A stretch of DNA of 32,000 nt, taken from the sequence record KC012945.1; one strand, 5' to 3'. Position numbers and translations under genes: made by a program. Below, in pieces: positions 20,396 to 29,660 of this stretch. A model generated the notes under the pieces. That model did no database searches, was not told the DNA's origin, and saw only the letters and a program-made list of their open reading frames with translations. Position 1 is the first letter of the stretch; each line of letters starts with the position of its first letter.

Positions 20396-22420
20396 ATGTA
20401 TTTAACATTAGTCTTTTTACCTTTATTTGGTTCAATAGCAGCTGGATTTTTCGGCTTTTTTATAGGGTCTCAAGGAGCAGGGTTTATTACAATTTTGTGC
20501 TTGGGCCTTACTTTCTTAATGTCTTGTTTTGCTTTTTACGAAGTAGCTTTTGCTGGATCTCCATGTTTTCTTCAAATAATGCCTTGGTTTGATTCAGAAC
20601 TTTTTAGTTTTGCATGGGGATTTCAGTTTGATAGTTTGACTGCTGTTATGTTAATTGTAGTAACTTTTATTTCGTTTTTAGTTCATCTTTATTCTACAGA
20701 ATACATGAGTCATGACCCGCATTTACCTAGATTTATGTCTTATTTATCTCTTTTTACCTTTTTTATGCTTATTTTGGTAACAGCAGATAATTTCATTCAA
20801 ATGTTTGTTGGGTGGGAAGGAGTTGGTTTGTGCTCATATTTATTGATAAACTTTTGGTTTACAAGAATTCAAGCAAATAAAGCTGCTATAAAAGCAATGT
20901 TCATGAATCGTATAGGTGATTTTGGACTTGCTTTAGGTATCTTTTGTATTTTTGTTACCTTTGGAGCTGTTGACTATTCTACCATTTTTACTTTGGCACC
21001 TTATTTTCTATCTGATACTATCAATTTTTTAAATATAGATTTTAATTTATTGGATTTAGTTGGAATTTTATTGTTTATAGGTGCTGTAGGGAAATCTGCT
21101 CAATTAGGGCTTCATACATGGTTACCTGACGCCATGGAAGGTCCGACTCCAGTATCAGCGTTAATTCATGCTGCAACAATGGTTACAGCAGGTGTCTTTT
21201 TAATCGCAAGATGTTCACCTTTATATGAGTATGCACCTGGCGCTTTATCCGTTATTACTATTGTAGGTGCTATGACTGCTTTTTTTGCTGCTAGCACGGG
21301 GTTGCTTCAAAATGATATGAAAAAGGTTATTGCGTATTCTACTTGTAGTCAATTAGGTTATATGATTTTTGCATGTGGTCTTTCAAATTATCATGTAGGG
21401 GTTTTCCATCTAGCCAATCATGCTTTCTTTAAAGCTCTATTGTTTTTGGGTGCTGGTTGTGTCATTCACGCGGTTGGTGATGAACAAGACATGCGAAAAT
21501 TGGGTGGTCTTTCAAAAATTATGCCGTTTACTTATGGAATGATGTTAATAGGTTCTTTTTCTTTAATGGGTTTCCCGTTTTTAACAGGCTTTTATTCAAA
21601 GGATGTCATTTTGGAAGTTGCTTATGGGAAATATTCTACTTCAGGGCATTTTGCTTATGTATTAGGGAGTTTGTCTGCTTTCTTAACAGCTTTTTATTCG
21701 GTTCGCCTCCTTTATTTAACTTTTCTTTCTAAGCCTAATGGTTACAGAGTTCTAATTTTGAATGCGCATGAAGCGCCCTGGAGAATGGCTTTGCCTTTAC
21801 TTATTTTAGTTATTCCGAGTATATTTATAGGTTATTTAACTAAAGATATGATTATTGGGTTAGGTACTAATTTTTGGCAAGGATCAATTTATATACAACC
21901 TAAAAATTTTAACATTATAGATGCAGAACATATTCCGCAAGCCGCAAAACTTCTGCCCGTTTGTTTGTCCATCTTGGGAGCTCTGACCTCATTTATACTT
22001 TACTTTTACGGTTCTCAAAGTCTTTTTTTGTTTAAAACATCTCCATTGGGGCTTAAGTTCTATACTTTTTTGAATCGAAAATGGTTTTTTGATAAGATAT
22101 ATAATGAAATTATTGGTCAATTCTTTTTGTCAGCTGCGTATAACCTGACTTATAAGCAAATAGATCGTGGTTTAATTGAATCATTGGGTCCATTTGGGTT
22201 GACACGTTTAGTTTCAAAAATAGCTTTAAGTTTAAAAGTATTGCAAACTGGTTTTTTCTATCATTATACTTTAGCTATGGTTTTTAGTTTAATCTCTTTT
22301 TTAGCTTATTTTAGATTTGAGAATTCAACTTTTATTTTATTGTCTGATTCAAAATTATGGTTTTTATTTGTAATTGCTTTGTTTTTTATAAATACAGATT
22401 TTAAATCATTTAAAAATTAA
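20396..22420 (+). CDS. nad5: NADH dehydrogenase subunit 5
   Basis: 674-aa ORF with GWEGVGLCSYLLINFW, HTWLPDAMEGPTPVSALIHAATMVTAG and VIAYSTCSQLGYM. Confidence 0.97.
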   Translation: MYLTLVFLPLFGSIAAGFFGFFIGSQGAGFITILCLGLTFLMSCFAFYEVAFAGSPCFLQIMPWFDSELFSFAWGFQFDSLTAVMLIVVTFISFLVHLYSTEYMSHDPHLPRFMSYLSLFTFFMLILVTADNFIQMFVGWEGVGLCSYLLINFWFTRIQANKAAIKAMFMNRIGDFGLALGIFCIFVTFGAVDYSTIFTLAPYFLSDTINFLNIDFNLLDLVGILLFIGAVGKSAQLGLHTWLPDAMEGPTPVSALIHAATMVTAGVFLIARCSPLYEYAPGALSVITIVGAMTAFFAASTGLLQNDMKKVIAYSTCSQLGYMIFACGLSNYHVGVFHLANHAFFKALLFLGAGCVIHAVGDEQDMRKLGGLSKIMPFTYGMMLIGSFSLMGFPFLTGFYSKDVILEVAYGKYSTSGHFAYVLGSLSAFLTAFYSVRLLYLTFLSKPNGYRVLILNAHEAPWRMALPLLILVIPSIFIGYLTKDMIIGLGTNFWQGSIYIQPKNFNIIDAEHIPQAAKLLPVCLSILGALTSFILYFYGSQSLFLFKTSPLGLKFYTFLNRKWFFDKIYNEIIGQFFLSAAYNLTYKQIDRGLIESLGPFGLTRLVSKIALSLKVLQTGFFYHYTLAMVFSLISFLAYFRFENSTFILLSDSKLWFLFVIALFFINTDFKSFKN

Positions 22421-22424
22421 TATT

Positions 22425-22436
22425 AAAAAATAAAAT
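22425..22436 (+). promoter_or_regulatory. Exact copy of the AAAAAATAAAAT upstream motif, abutting the orf60 ATG
   Basis: Exact 12-mer read directly. Confidence 0.35.
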
Positions 22437-22619
22437 ATGCGTAAATTTATCGTACAGTTTTTTTATCTTTCTATTTTCACTTTCGTATGGTATCAAGCTT
22501 TTCTTCTTTTCTTAAAGTTTGCATGGGGCTCAAAATACTTTGTTGTTGATGATCCTCGTTTGTGGCTACTATTTTTTGTAGCTTTGTTTTTTTACGATTT
22601 TATTCCACCTAAACAATGA
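22437..22619 (+). CDS. orf60: a hydrophobic ORF paralogous to the C-terminal ~52 residues of Nad5
   Basis: An ungapped alignment by eye runs FFY...S....D..LW.LF..ALFF..DF (about 15 of 50 identical). It has an ATG start. Its TGA stop overlaps the rpl14 ATG (ATGA) and is the only TGA stop in the window. Confidence 0.4.
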   Translation: MRKFIVQFFYLSIFTFVWYQAFLLFLKFAWGSKYFVVDDPRLWLLFFVALFFYDFIPPKQ

Positions 22620-22996
22620 TTCAAACAGAAACACTATTACAAGTAACAGATAATTCTGGAGCAAAAAAAGTCAAGTGTATAAAAATCCTAGGTGGATTTC
22701 GACGAAAATTTGCTAAGATTGGTGACCTTGTTATTGCCTCTATACGCGTCGTCAAACAGCACAAGAAAAAAAAAGTTAAAGTTAAAGAAGGTGAAGTTGT
22801 TCATGCACTTATTGTTCGGACAAAATCCAAATTTTCTCGTCAGAATTCAACACAATTACAATATCAAAAAAATTGCGTTGTTTTAATGACAACTAAAAAT
22901 AAGCCCCTTGCAACAAGAGTTTTAGGTCCTGTCCCTAAAATTTTACGTCATTCTAAGTTTATGAAAGTTGCGGCTTTATCTGCTGGTTTTATTTAA
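22616..22996 (+). CDS. rpl14: Ribosomal protein L14
   Basis: 126-aa ORF with MIQTETLLQVTDNSGAKK.. and GDLVIASI. Confidence 0.93.
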   Translation: MIQTETLLQVTDNSGAKKVKCIKILGGFRRKFAKIGDLVIASIRVVKQHKKKKVKVKEGEVVHALIVRTKSKFSRQNSTQLQYQKNCVVLMTTKNKPLATRVLGPVPKILRHSKFMKVAALSAGFI

Positions 22997-23002
22997 CTTG
23001 CT

Positions 23003-23542
23003 ATGTATACTTTTAAATATTATTACCAACATATAATAAAACAAGATTTATTAACAAAATTTGATTACAATAACGCTCTACAAATTCCCTTTTTAAATAA
23101 GATTGTTATTAATTTTGGCGCTTCACAATCAACTTTTAAGAATTTGTTGCCCTCTTTGGCTTCAGCTCCTCTGTTATGTTCCCAATTTCCATATATAACA
23201 ATATCGAAAAAAACTACTTTGTTATTAAAAACAAAAGGCGGCGTCGCTATTGGGTGCAAGATAGATTTGAGAGGCATCAACAAATTTTTTTTTTTTGAAA
23301 AGTTTATCTTTTGTATTTTACCGCGTATAAAAAATTTTTGTTATGTTGTTGTAGACAACAATGTTTTTTTCAAACTTGATAATTTGTTTCTATTTAAAGA
23401 AATAGCCAAGGAATATGATTATTTTCAGGATTTACCCAAATTAAGCGTAAATTTAAATTTTAAAGCAAAGAATTCAAAGGAGGTTTCAGTTTTTTTATCC
23501 GCTTTAAAATTCCCACCTATTATTAAAAGTCAATATGATTAG
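23003..23542 (+). CDS. rpl5: Ribosomal protein L5
   Basis: 179-aa ORF following rpl14 as in the bacterial spc operon order. The N-terminal YYQHIIKQDLLTKFDYNNALQIPFLNKIVINFG matches the uL5 pattern. The remainder is diverged. Confidence 0.8.
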   Translation: MYTFKYYYQHIIKQDLLTKFDYNNALQIPFLNKIVINFGASQSTFKNLLPSLASAPLLCSQFPYITISKKTTLLLKTKGGVAIGCKIDLRGINKFFFFEKFIFCILPRIKNFCYVVVDNNVFFKLDNLFLFKEIAKEYDYFQDLPKLSVNLNFKAKNSKEVSVFLSALKFPPIIKSQYD

Positions 23543-23699
23543 TTTTGGTCAATTATTTATTCTTATTTTGCTAGTATTATTCTTGTTCGGTGATATTCGA
23601 AAAATTCTTAATAAATTTATTATTCTCTTTTTTAATTTTAAAAATGTTTATAAAAATTTTAATAAGACAAATGATAAAAATGAAAAAAACGAAAAATAA
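23535..23699 (+). CDS. tatA: TatA-like (MttA/Hcf106 family) small membrane protein. At 54 aa it is below the ORF-track length cut-off.
   Basis: Hand translation gives MISFGQLFILILLVLFLFGDIRKILNKFIILFFNFKNVYKNFNKTNDKNEKNEK. It has an N-terminal TM helix ending in the hinge LFG, then R/K residues and an FK motif, as in TatA (QLLIIAVIVVLLFGTKKL....IKGFKK). ATG start, TAA stop. It overlaps the rpl5 end by 8 nt, and tatC is in the same genome. Confidence 0.5.
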   Translation: MISFGQLFILILLVLFLFGDIRKILNKFIILFFNFKNVYKNFNKTNDKNEKNEK

Positions 23700-23774
23700 A
23701 AATAACACTTTTAAAAATTTCTCTTCGGTTAGTTAAATTATATATTCTTTACTTCTTATTTTCAAAAAATTGCT

Positions 23775-24935
23775 ATGTGTTGGCGTTGGAATAAACATCT
23801 TTTAACAGGTATTTTAGATAGTCATATTATTGATTATCCTACTCCTAAAAATTTAAATTATATGTGGAGCTTTGGTTCAACTGCTGGAATCTGCCTTGGT
23901 ATCCAAATGTTAACCGGTATTTTCCTTGCGATGCATTATTGCCCTAAAATGGAATATGCATTCTATAGCATTGAACATATTATGAGAAATGTAAAATATG
24001 GTTGGTTAATCCGATATATTCACGCAAATGGGGCTTCAATGTTCTTTATTGTAGTGTACAGTCATATTTTTCGAGGATTATATTACGGTTCTTATATGTA
24101 CCCTAGACATTATTTATGGATGTCGGGAGTTGTTATTTTTATTTTAATGATGGCAACTGCTTTTATGGGTTATGTTTTGCCTTGGGGTCAAATGAGTTTT
24201 TGGGGAGCTACTGTAATTACCAACTTATTTTCTACTATACCTTTTGTGGGGCGTGATATTGTAGAATGGTTGTGGGGTGGTTTTTCTGTAAATAATCCTA
24301 CATTAAATCGTTTCTTTAGTTTGCACTATACTTTACCTTTTGTAATTGCGGGTGCTGCTATTGTTCATCTAGCCCTTCTTCATGATGTCGGATCTAATAA
24401 TCCTTTGGGAGTCGAATATTACGGAGACAAGATTTCTTTTTATCCGTACTTTTACGTAAAAGATTTGTTTAGTCTTTTCATTTTATTGATTGTTTTTTCA
24501 GTCTTTTTATATTTTTTCCCTAATGAGTTAAATCATCCTGACAATTATGTTCCTGCGGATCCCTTAACAACTCCGGCACACATTGTTCCGGAATGGTATT
24601 TTTTACCTTTTTATGCGATACTTCGATCTGTTCCTCACAAATTAGGGGGTGTTTTAGCTATGGGTGGAGCTATTGTGCTACTTTTAATTTTACCATATCT
24701 AAATACTTCTCGAGTAAGAAGTACTTATTTTAGACCATTATATGCGCAAGCATTTTGGTTTTTATTTTTTGACTTCCTTTTTTTAGGTTGGATTGGTCAA
24801 AAAGAGGTTGCGGAGCCTTATACTTACTTAGGTATAATAGCAACTTTGTATTACTTTTTTTTCTTTCTTGTTTTAGTTCCCCTACTAGGGATATTAGAAG
24901 AAAAACTAATCTGTTATGACGTTGAAAAAATTTAA
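23775..24935 (+). CDS. cob: Apocytochrome b
   Basis: 386-aa ORF with [39 protein letters not shown] and [14 protein letters not shown]. No introns. Confidence 0.97.
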   Translation: MCWRWNKHLLTGILDSHIIDYPTPKNLNYMWSFGSTAGICLGIQMLTGIFLAMHYCPKMEYAFYSIEHIMRNVKYGWLIRYIHANGASMFFIVVYSHIFRGLYYGSYMYPRHYLWMSGVVIFILMMATAFMGYVLPWGQMSFWGATVITNLFSTIPFVGRDIVEWLWGGFSVNNPTLNRFFSLHYTLPFVIAGAAIVHLALLHDVGSNNPLGVEYYGDKISFYPYFYVKDLFSLFILLIVFSVFLYFFPNELNHPDNYVPADPLTTPAHIVPEWYFLPFYAILRSVPHKLGGVLAMGGAIVLLLILPYLNTSRVRSTYFRPLYAQAFWFLFFDFLFLGWIGQKEVAEPYTYLGIIATLYYFFFFLVLVPLLGILEEKLICYDVEKI

Positions 24936-24980
24936 ATTTTTTTAAAACCCCTATCATTTTTTTAAATCCTTATTATAAAC

Positions 24981-25793
24981 ATGTATGAGTTAATCAAAAA
25001 AAATACTCAAAAACATCCTTTTCATTTAGTAGACCCTAGCCCATGGCCTTTAGTTGCAGCTTTTGCAGCTTTTACTGTTACAAGTGGTGGGGTTTTATAT
25101 ATGCATAATTACAGTGGTGGAGGTTTTCTTCTATTCGTTGGTTTTCTTTTTCTACTTTTTGTAATGTATACATGGTGGCGAGATATTGTCCGAGAAGGAA
25201 CTTTTGAAGGGCAACATACTAAAGCTGTTCAGAGTGGACTTCGAATGGGTATGATTCTTTTCATTGTTTCGGAAATAATGTTTTTCCTTGCTTTCTTTTG
25301 GGCTTTTTTTCATTCAAGTTTGGCACCTGTTCCTGAAATAGGTGGAGTGTGGCCTCCGAAAGCTATCGAAGTTATGTCGCCTTGGGGGATTCCTTTTTTA
25401 AATACAATCATTTTATTAACATCGGGTGCCACAGTAACTTGGGCGCACGAAGCTATCATTCATAATCGACGAGAAGACGCGTTAAGCTCGTTAATCTACA
25501 CTATATTGTATGCAATCTATTTTACAAGTTTTCAAGTTTATGAGTACTATCATGCTGGATTTGCCATGTCTGATGGTATATATGGATCTGTTTTTTATAT
25601 GGCTACTGGATTTCATGGATTTCATGTATTTGTAGGTACTTGCTTTCTTATTGTTTGTGCTATTCGACTTTATAACTATCATTTTACAGTGGAACATCAT
25701 TTTGGATTTGAAGCTGCTGCTTGGTACTGGCATTTTGTAGATGTTGTTTGGTTATTTTTGTTCGTTAGTATTTACTGGTGGGGAGGTTCCTAA
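24981..25793 (+). CDS. cox3: Cytochrome c oxidase subunit 3
   Basis: 270-aa ORF with [21 protein letters not shown] and [16 protein letters not shown]. Confidence 0.97.
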   Translation: MYELIKKNTQKHPFHLVDPSPWPLVAAFAAFTVTSGGVLYMHNYSGGGFLLFVGFLFLLFVMYTWWRDIVREGTFEGQHTKAVQSGLRMGMILFIVSEIMFFLAFFWAFFHSSLAPVPEIGGVWPPKAIEVMSPWGIPFLNTIILLTSGATVTWAHEAIIHNRREDALSSLIYTILYAIYFTSFQVYEYYHAGFAMSDGIYGSVFYMATGFHGFHVFVGTCFLIVCAIRLYNYHFTVEHHFGFEAAAWYWHFVDVVWLFLFVSIYWWGGS

Positions 25794-25828
25794 ATAATTT
25801 TTTAGAAAATTTACAAAAAATAACATTA

Positions 25829-26197
25829 ATGCCGTCTTTATTCTATGAAGAATATTTCCCTGTATGGATAGCTTTGTTTGTTAGCATTTTTTTAAGTATT
25901 ATTATTTTCACCTTGTCTTATATTTTAGCCATTCAAAATCCAGACACTGAAAAGTTGTCTTCATATGAATGTGGATTTGACCCGTATGAAGATGCCAGAA
26001 ATACTTTTGATATTCGCTTTTACTTGGTAGCTATATTGTTTATTATTTTTGATTTAGAAGCCGTTTTCTTTTTTCCTTGGGCAATTTCTTTGAGTCACAT
26101 TACTTCATGGGGATTTTGGACCATGATTGATTTTATTATTGAGCTTGCATTAGGATTTTTTTATGCCTGGAAAATTGGCGCTTTGGAATGGGAATAA
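25829..26197 (+). CDS. nad3: NADH dehydrogenase subunit 3
   Basis: Motifs SSYECGFDP and FDLEAVFFFPWA. I prefer the ATG at 25829 (122 aa). The track's GTG at 25778 would overlap cox3. Confidence 0.93.
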   Translation: MPSLFYEEYFPVWIALFVSIFLSIIIFTLSYILAIQNPDTEKLSSYECGFDPYEDARNTFDIRFYLVAILFIIFDLEAVFFFPWAISLSHITSWGFWTMIDFIIELALGFFYAWKIGALEWE

Positions 26198-26220
26198 AAT
26201 TTTGAATATACAGTAAGCTA

Positions 26221-26790
26221 ATGATTGGAATCTTATATATTAAAACATTAAAAAAACTTATTCCTTTAGAAAATTCTAAAATTTTTAAAGATGAATTAAT
26301 ATTGACCGTTCATCCAAAAGATTTATATGGTGTTATGAAATTTTTAAAATACAACATGTTATGCCAATTTAATTGCTTAACAGCTATATCGGGAACCGAT
26401 TACCCTGAAAGAGAAAATCGGTTTGAGGTTTCATATGAGCTGTTAAGTATTCATCATAATCGAAGAATTCGTGTTAAAACTTTCGTTAATGAAGTAACGC
26501 CGTTATTGTCTATGATTCCTTTATATCCTGCTGCTAATTGGTGGGAACGTGAAATTTGGGATTTATTTGGTGTATTTTTCCAAAATCATCCTGATTTACG
26601 AAGAATACTTACTGATTATGGCTTCCAAGGTCATCCATTACGTAAAGATTTTCCTTTAAGTGGTTACGTTGAAGTTAGTTATGATGAAAAATTAAAACGT
26701 GTTATTTCTCAGCCTTTAGAATTAACACAAGAGTTTCGATTCTTTGATTTTAGAAGCCCCTGGTCAGATTCTTTTGCTCATAAAAATTAA
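26221..26790 (+). CDS. nad9: NADH dehydrogenase subunit 9 (30-kDa/NuoC)
   Basis: 189-aa ORF with [45 protein letters not shown]. Confidence 0.96.
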   Translation: MIGILYIKTLKKLIPLENSKIFKDELILTVHPKDLYGVMKFLKYNMLCQFNCLTAISGTDYPERENRFEVSYELLSIHHNRRIRVKTFVNEVTPLLSMIPLYPAANWWEREIWDLFGVFFQNHPDLRRILTDYGFQGHPLRKDFPLSGYVEVSYDEKLKRVISQPLELTQEFRFFDFRSPWSDSFAHKN

Positions 26791-26809
26791 AACCTTTATA
26801 TTATTTACA

Positions 26810-26821
26810 AAAAAATAAAAT
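26810..26821 (+). promoter_or_regulatory. Exact copy of the AAAAAATAAAAT upstream motif, 9 nt before the rpl2 ATG
   Basis: Exact 12-mer read directly. Confidence 0.35.
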
Positions 26822-26830
26822 TAAAATATT

Positions 26831-27658
26831 ATGGATAATTTACTTTTTAAAAAAATTAAACCTACGACTCCATCTCAACGAACTTTTAAAGTTTTAAAAA
26901 GGCCTAAAATTTGGACAAAAAAATCATTGAAAAGTAAAACTTCATTTCTGATTAGGAAATTTGGTCGTAATCATAAGGGTCAAATTACGATATTTCAAAA
27001 AGGTGGAGGACATAAAAAGATTTATAGAACAATAGATTTTCGAAGGCTTACGACGACTGGCATTGTAGAAGCTGTAGAATATGATCCTTTTAGAACCGCT
27101 TATTTGGCGCGCGTGTTTGATCCTGTTAAACGCACACACGCCTACATTTTATGTCCTAAAAATTTATGTGTTGGCGCGTTAATACGTTCGGGTGAAGAAG
27201 CTGAAATTAAATTGGGACATGCAATGCCTCTTCATCGAATACCCGTAGGTAGTTTAATGCACAATTTGTCTACTTCAAAAGGAAAACGTGGTCAATACTG
27301 TAAAGCGGCCGGTGCGTATGCGCAGCTTATACAGAAAACAAAAAAATATGCTCGTGTTCGTCTTTCTTCTGGAGAACAAAGGTTGATACATTTAGATTGT
27401 TATGCTACTTTGGGTGTTGTATCCAATGAAAATCATAATTTGAGTACTGTAGGAAAAGCGGGTCGAAATCGGTGGCGTAATAAACGGCCTAATGTTAGAG
27501 GTGTTGCAATGAATCCTATCGATCACCCACACGGCGGCGGTGAAGGCAAAACTTCAGGCGGGCGCCCTTCGGTAACACCTTGGGGAAAACCTACTAAAGG
27601 ATCAAAAACAAGTAGATCTCGTAATCCTCTTATATTGGTTAGCAGAAAAAAAAATTAA
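26831..27658 (+). CDS. rpl2: Ribosomal protein L2
   Basis: 275-aa ORF with GRNHKGQITIFQKGGGHK and MNPIDHPHGGGEGKTSGG. Confidence 0.96.
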   Translation: MDNLLFKKIKPTTPSQRTFKVLKRPKIWTKKSLKSKTSFLIRKFGRNHKGQITIFQKGGGHKKIYRTIDFRRLTTTGIVEAVEYDPFRTAYLARVFDPVKRTHAYILCPKNLCVGALIRSGEEAEIKLGHAMPLHRIPVGSLMHNLSTSKGKRGQYCKAAGAYAQLIQKTKKYARVRLSSGEQRLIHLDCYATLGVVSNENHNLSTVGKAGRNRWRNKRPNVRGVAMNPIDHPHGGGEGKTSGGRPSVTPWGKPTKGSKTSRSRNPLILVSRKKN

Positions 27659-27664
27659 ATTTTA

Positions 27665-27922
27665 ATGAATAATTCGAAAACTTTACCTTTAAACTTAAAA
27701 AAGATTCGAACTCTAAATGCAAATTTATCTTTAAAAACATGGTCTAGATCATCAATTATAACAGATGAATTTTTTGGTATGCGACTTAAAGTCCACAATG
27801 GAAAAGATTTTATACCTTTATTGGTAATACCTGAAATGCTCGGGTACAAAATAGGAGAATTTGTAGGAACAAGAGCTCGTTATCAATTTAAAAAGAAAAA
27901 AAAGAAAAAAACCAAAAAATAA
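27665..27922 (+). CDS. rps19: Ribosomal protein S19, with a poly-Lys tail
   Basis: 85-aa ORF with VHNGKDFIPLLVIPEMLGYKIGEFVGTR, in the rpl2-rps19-rps3 order. Confidence 0.93.
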   Translation: MNNSKTLPLNLKKIRTLNANLSLKTWSRSSIITDEFFGMRLKVHNGKDFIPLLVIPEMLGYKIGEFVGTRARYQFKKKKKKKTKK

Positions 27923-27925
27923 AGA

Positions 27926-29188
27926 ATGGGTCAAAAGATTAATCCTACTATTTTTCGTCAATTAATAACCAAGCCTGAATTATCTCTATGGATTTCTCCT
28001 AAAAATAATATTGCGTCTCTTCAACATCAAGATTTGGAACTTCGCAAGTTTTTAGAAGTTTTGTTACGATCTAGGGGTATTTTATTAAGAAATTTGAAAA
28101 TGCAAAGGTTCGGTAAAAAAATTTTGCTTGAATTAGATTTGTACTTCAGTTATCTCCTTGCTAAACAAGCTAAATTTTTGTGGGCTAAAAACTTATTTCG
28201 AACTGTTAAAGAAGAATATATAGATCTGAGAAAAATGAGAGATTTAAAAACCTTCATTGAAGAACTTGAAGAACCTTCTAACGAAAACGATGTACTTAAA
28301 CCTTTAAAAAGGTCAAGACACACTCTGTCGCAGAAAAAACGTAAAAAAAGTTTCTTGTATAAAAAAAATTTCATTTTTAATTCGTCTGTCCTAACTTATA
28401 AATATAGATTCTGCTTTTTTTTATTAGCGAAAAAAGAAAAAAATTTACGTGCTTGTAAAAAAAAATTGTTATCTATTTTAGGAACTGAGAAAAATTCTAT
28501 TAGATCTGGCCTTTTAAGATTAAAATTCGAGAAACTAAAAAAACTTTTTGTTATAAACAAGTTTAATTATGAATTTCAAAACTATAATATTAAAAATTCT
28601 TTATTCCCTTTAAATGTAAAAAAAGATAAAAAATCTCTCTTAAAATTGAATCAAAATTTGTGTGAATCTTTACATCATTTTACGGGTTATGAAGATATAC
28701 ACATAAAAATTTATAGCAAACAATTAGATTTTCTTCCGTCATTTAAATTGTATCAATCTTTTATTCAAAGAAAATTGTTTTTTTTTCAAAAAAACAAACA
28801 GTTAAAGAAATACTTTTGTGAGTCTTTAGAAATTATTTATTTTGTATTAGGAACTTTTGGTTACGGCAATGCTTATTTGTTAGGAAAATTAATTTCTCAT
28901 ATGATAGAAAATAACCGTAAACATACTCAAAGCGTAAGATTTTTAAAAAAAGCTTTACAGGTTTTTTTCAAGTATATGCCGCCTTACTTTTTTTGTGTTG
29001 ATGGTGTAAAAATACTTATTAAAGGTCGATTTAATAAACGTAGAAGAACTAAAACCATTGTTTTAATTAAAGGTCAAATATCACTTCAAACTATAAAAAC
29101 ACAAATAGATTATTATCAAACTCAAGCAATAACCTTGTATGGAGCTTTTGGTATAAAAATTTGGTTATCAAAAAAACAAGTTTATTAA
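27926..29188 (+). CDS. rps3: Ribosomal protein S3, with a large Lys-rich internal expansion
   Basis: 420-aa ORF. The N-terminal MGQKINPTIFR (KH region) and the C-terminal GRFNKRRRTK..YGAFGIKIWL bracket ~230 low-complexity residues. Confidence 0.88.
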   Translation: MGQKINPTIFRQLITKPELSLWISPKNNIASLQHQDLELRKFLEVLLRSRGILLRNLKMQRFGKKILLELDLYFSYLLAKQAKFLWAKNLFRTVKEEYIDLRKMRDLKTFIEELEEPSNENDVLKPLKRSRHTLSQKKRKKSFLYKKNFIFNSSVLTYKYRFCFFLLAKKEKNLRACKKKLLSILGTEKNSIRSGLLRLKFEKLKKLFVINKFNYEFQNYNIKNSLFPLNVKKDKKSLLKLNQNLCESLHHFTGYEDIHIKIYSKQLDFLPSFKLYQSFIQRKLFFFQKNKQLKKYFCESLEIIYFVLGTFGYGNAYLLGKLISHMIENNRKHTQSVRFLKKALQVFFKYMPPYFFCVDGVKILIKGRFNKRRRTKTIVLIKGQISLQTIKTQIDYYQTQAITLYGAFGIKIWLSKKQVY

Positions 29189-29229
29189 GTATCTTTAACT
29201 TTTTAATTCCTTAGTCTTTATATTTAAAA

Positions 29230-29302
29230 GAGAAAGTAACTCAGTGGTTAGAGTGTTGACCTGTCACGTCAAAAGCCGCGGGTTCGAATCCCGTTTTTCT
29301 CG
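29230..29302 (+). tRNA. trnD(guc): tRNA-Asp, anticodon GUC
   Basis: Acceptor GAGAAAG/TTTTCTC, anticodon stem TTGAC/GTCAA with loop CTGTCAC, T arm GCGGG-TTCGAAT-CCCGT. Confidence 0.9.
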
Positions 29303-29438
29303 TTTTATCGATGTAGAAGTCTGTGTATGCACTGGCAGCCTAATGAAGAAAAAGTTAACTTTGATAAATGTGGCCTTAAAAGTAGGTTTGCAACAGTTTT
29401 CAGTTAATAATAAAATAGTAATAACTGTATAACTGTTA

Positions 29439-29509
29439 GCGTGTATAGATTAATGGTAAATTATCTGCCTTCCAAGCAGAGGATATGAGTTCGATTCTCA
29501 TTACTCGCA
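29439..29509 (+). tRNA. trnG(ucc): tRNA-Gly, anticodon UCC, with a U4-U69 acceptor mismatch
   Basis: Acceptor GCGTGTA/TACTCGC with one T-T mismatch, anticodon stem TCTGC/GCAGA with loop CTTCCAA, T arm ATGAG-TTCGATT-CTCAT. Confidence 0.85.
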
Positions 29510-29566
29510 TTAGTAAATTTTTTAAATATGTTTACGTGTTTTATAATAAAATGTCGTTAAATTTAA

Positions 29567-29640
29567 ACATTCTTAGCTCATTTGGATAGAGCAGTAGCCT
29601 TCTAAGCTAATGGTAACAGGTTCAATTCCTGTAGAATGTG
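29567..29640 (+). tRNA. trnR(ucu): tRNA-Arg, anticodon UCU
   Basis: Acceptor ACATTCT/AGAATGT, anticodon loop CTTCTAA, T arm ACAGG-TTCAATT-CCTGT. Confidence 0.88.
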
Positions 29641-29660
29641 TAAAATTTACATAATTCTAA

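Noticed and set aside
29244-29432. 62-aa ORF
   Set aside because: It starts inside trnD and runs through the trnD-trnG spacer. It has no motifs, and its overlap with a tRNA makes coding unlikely.
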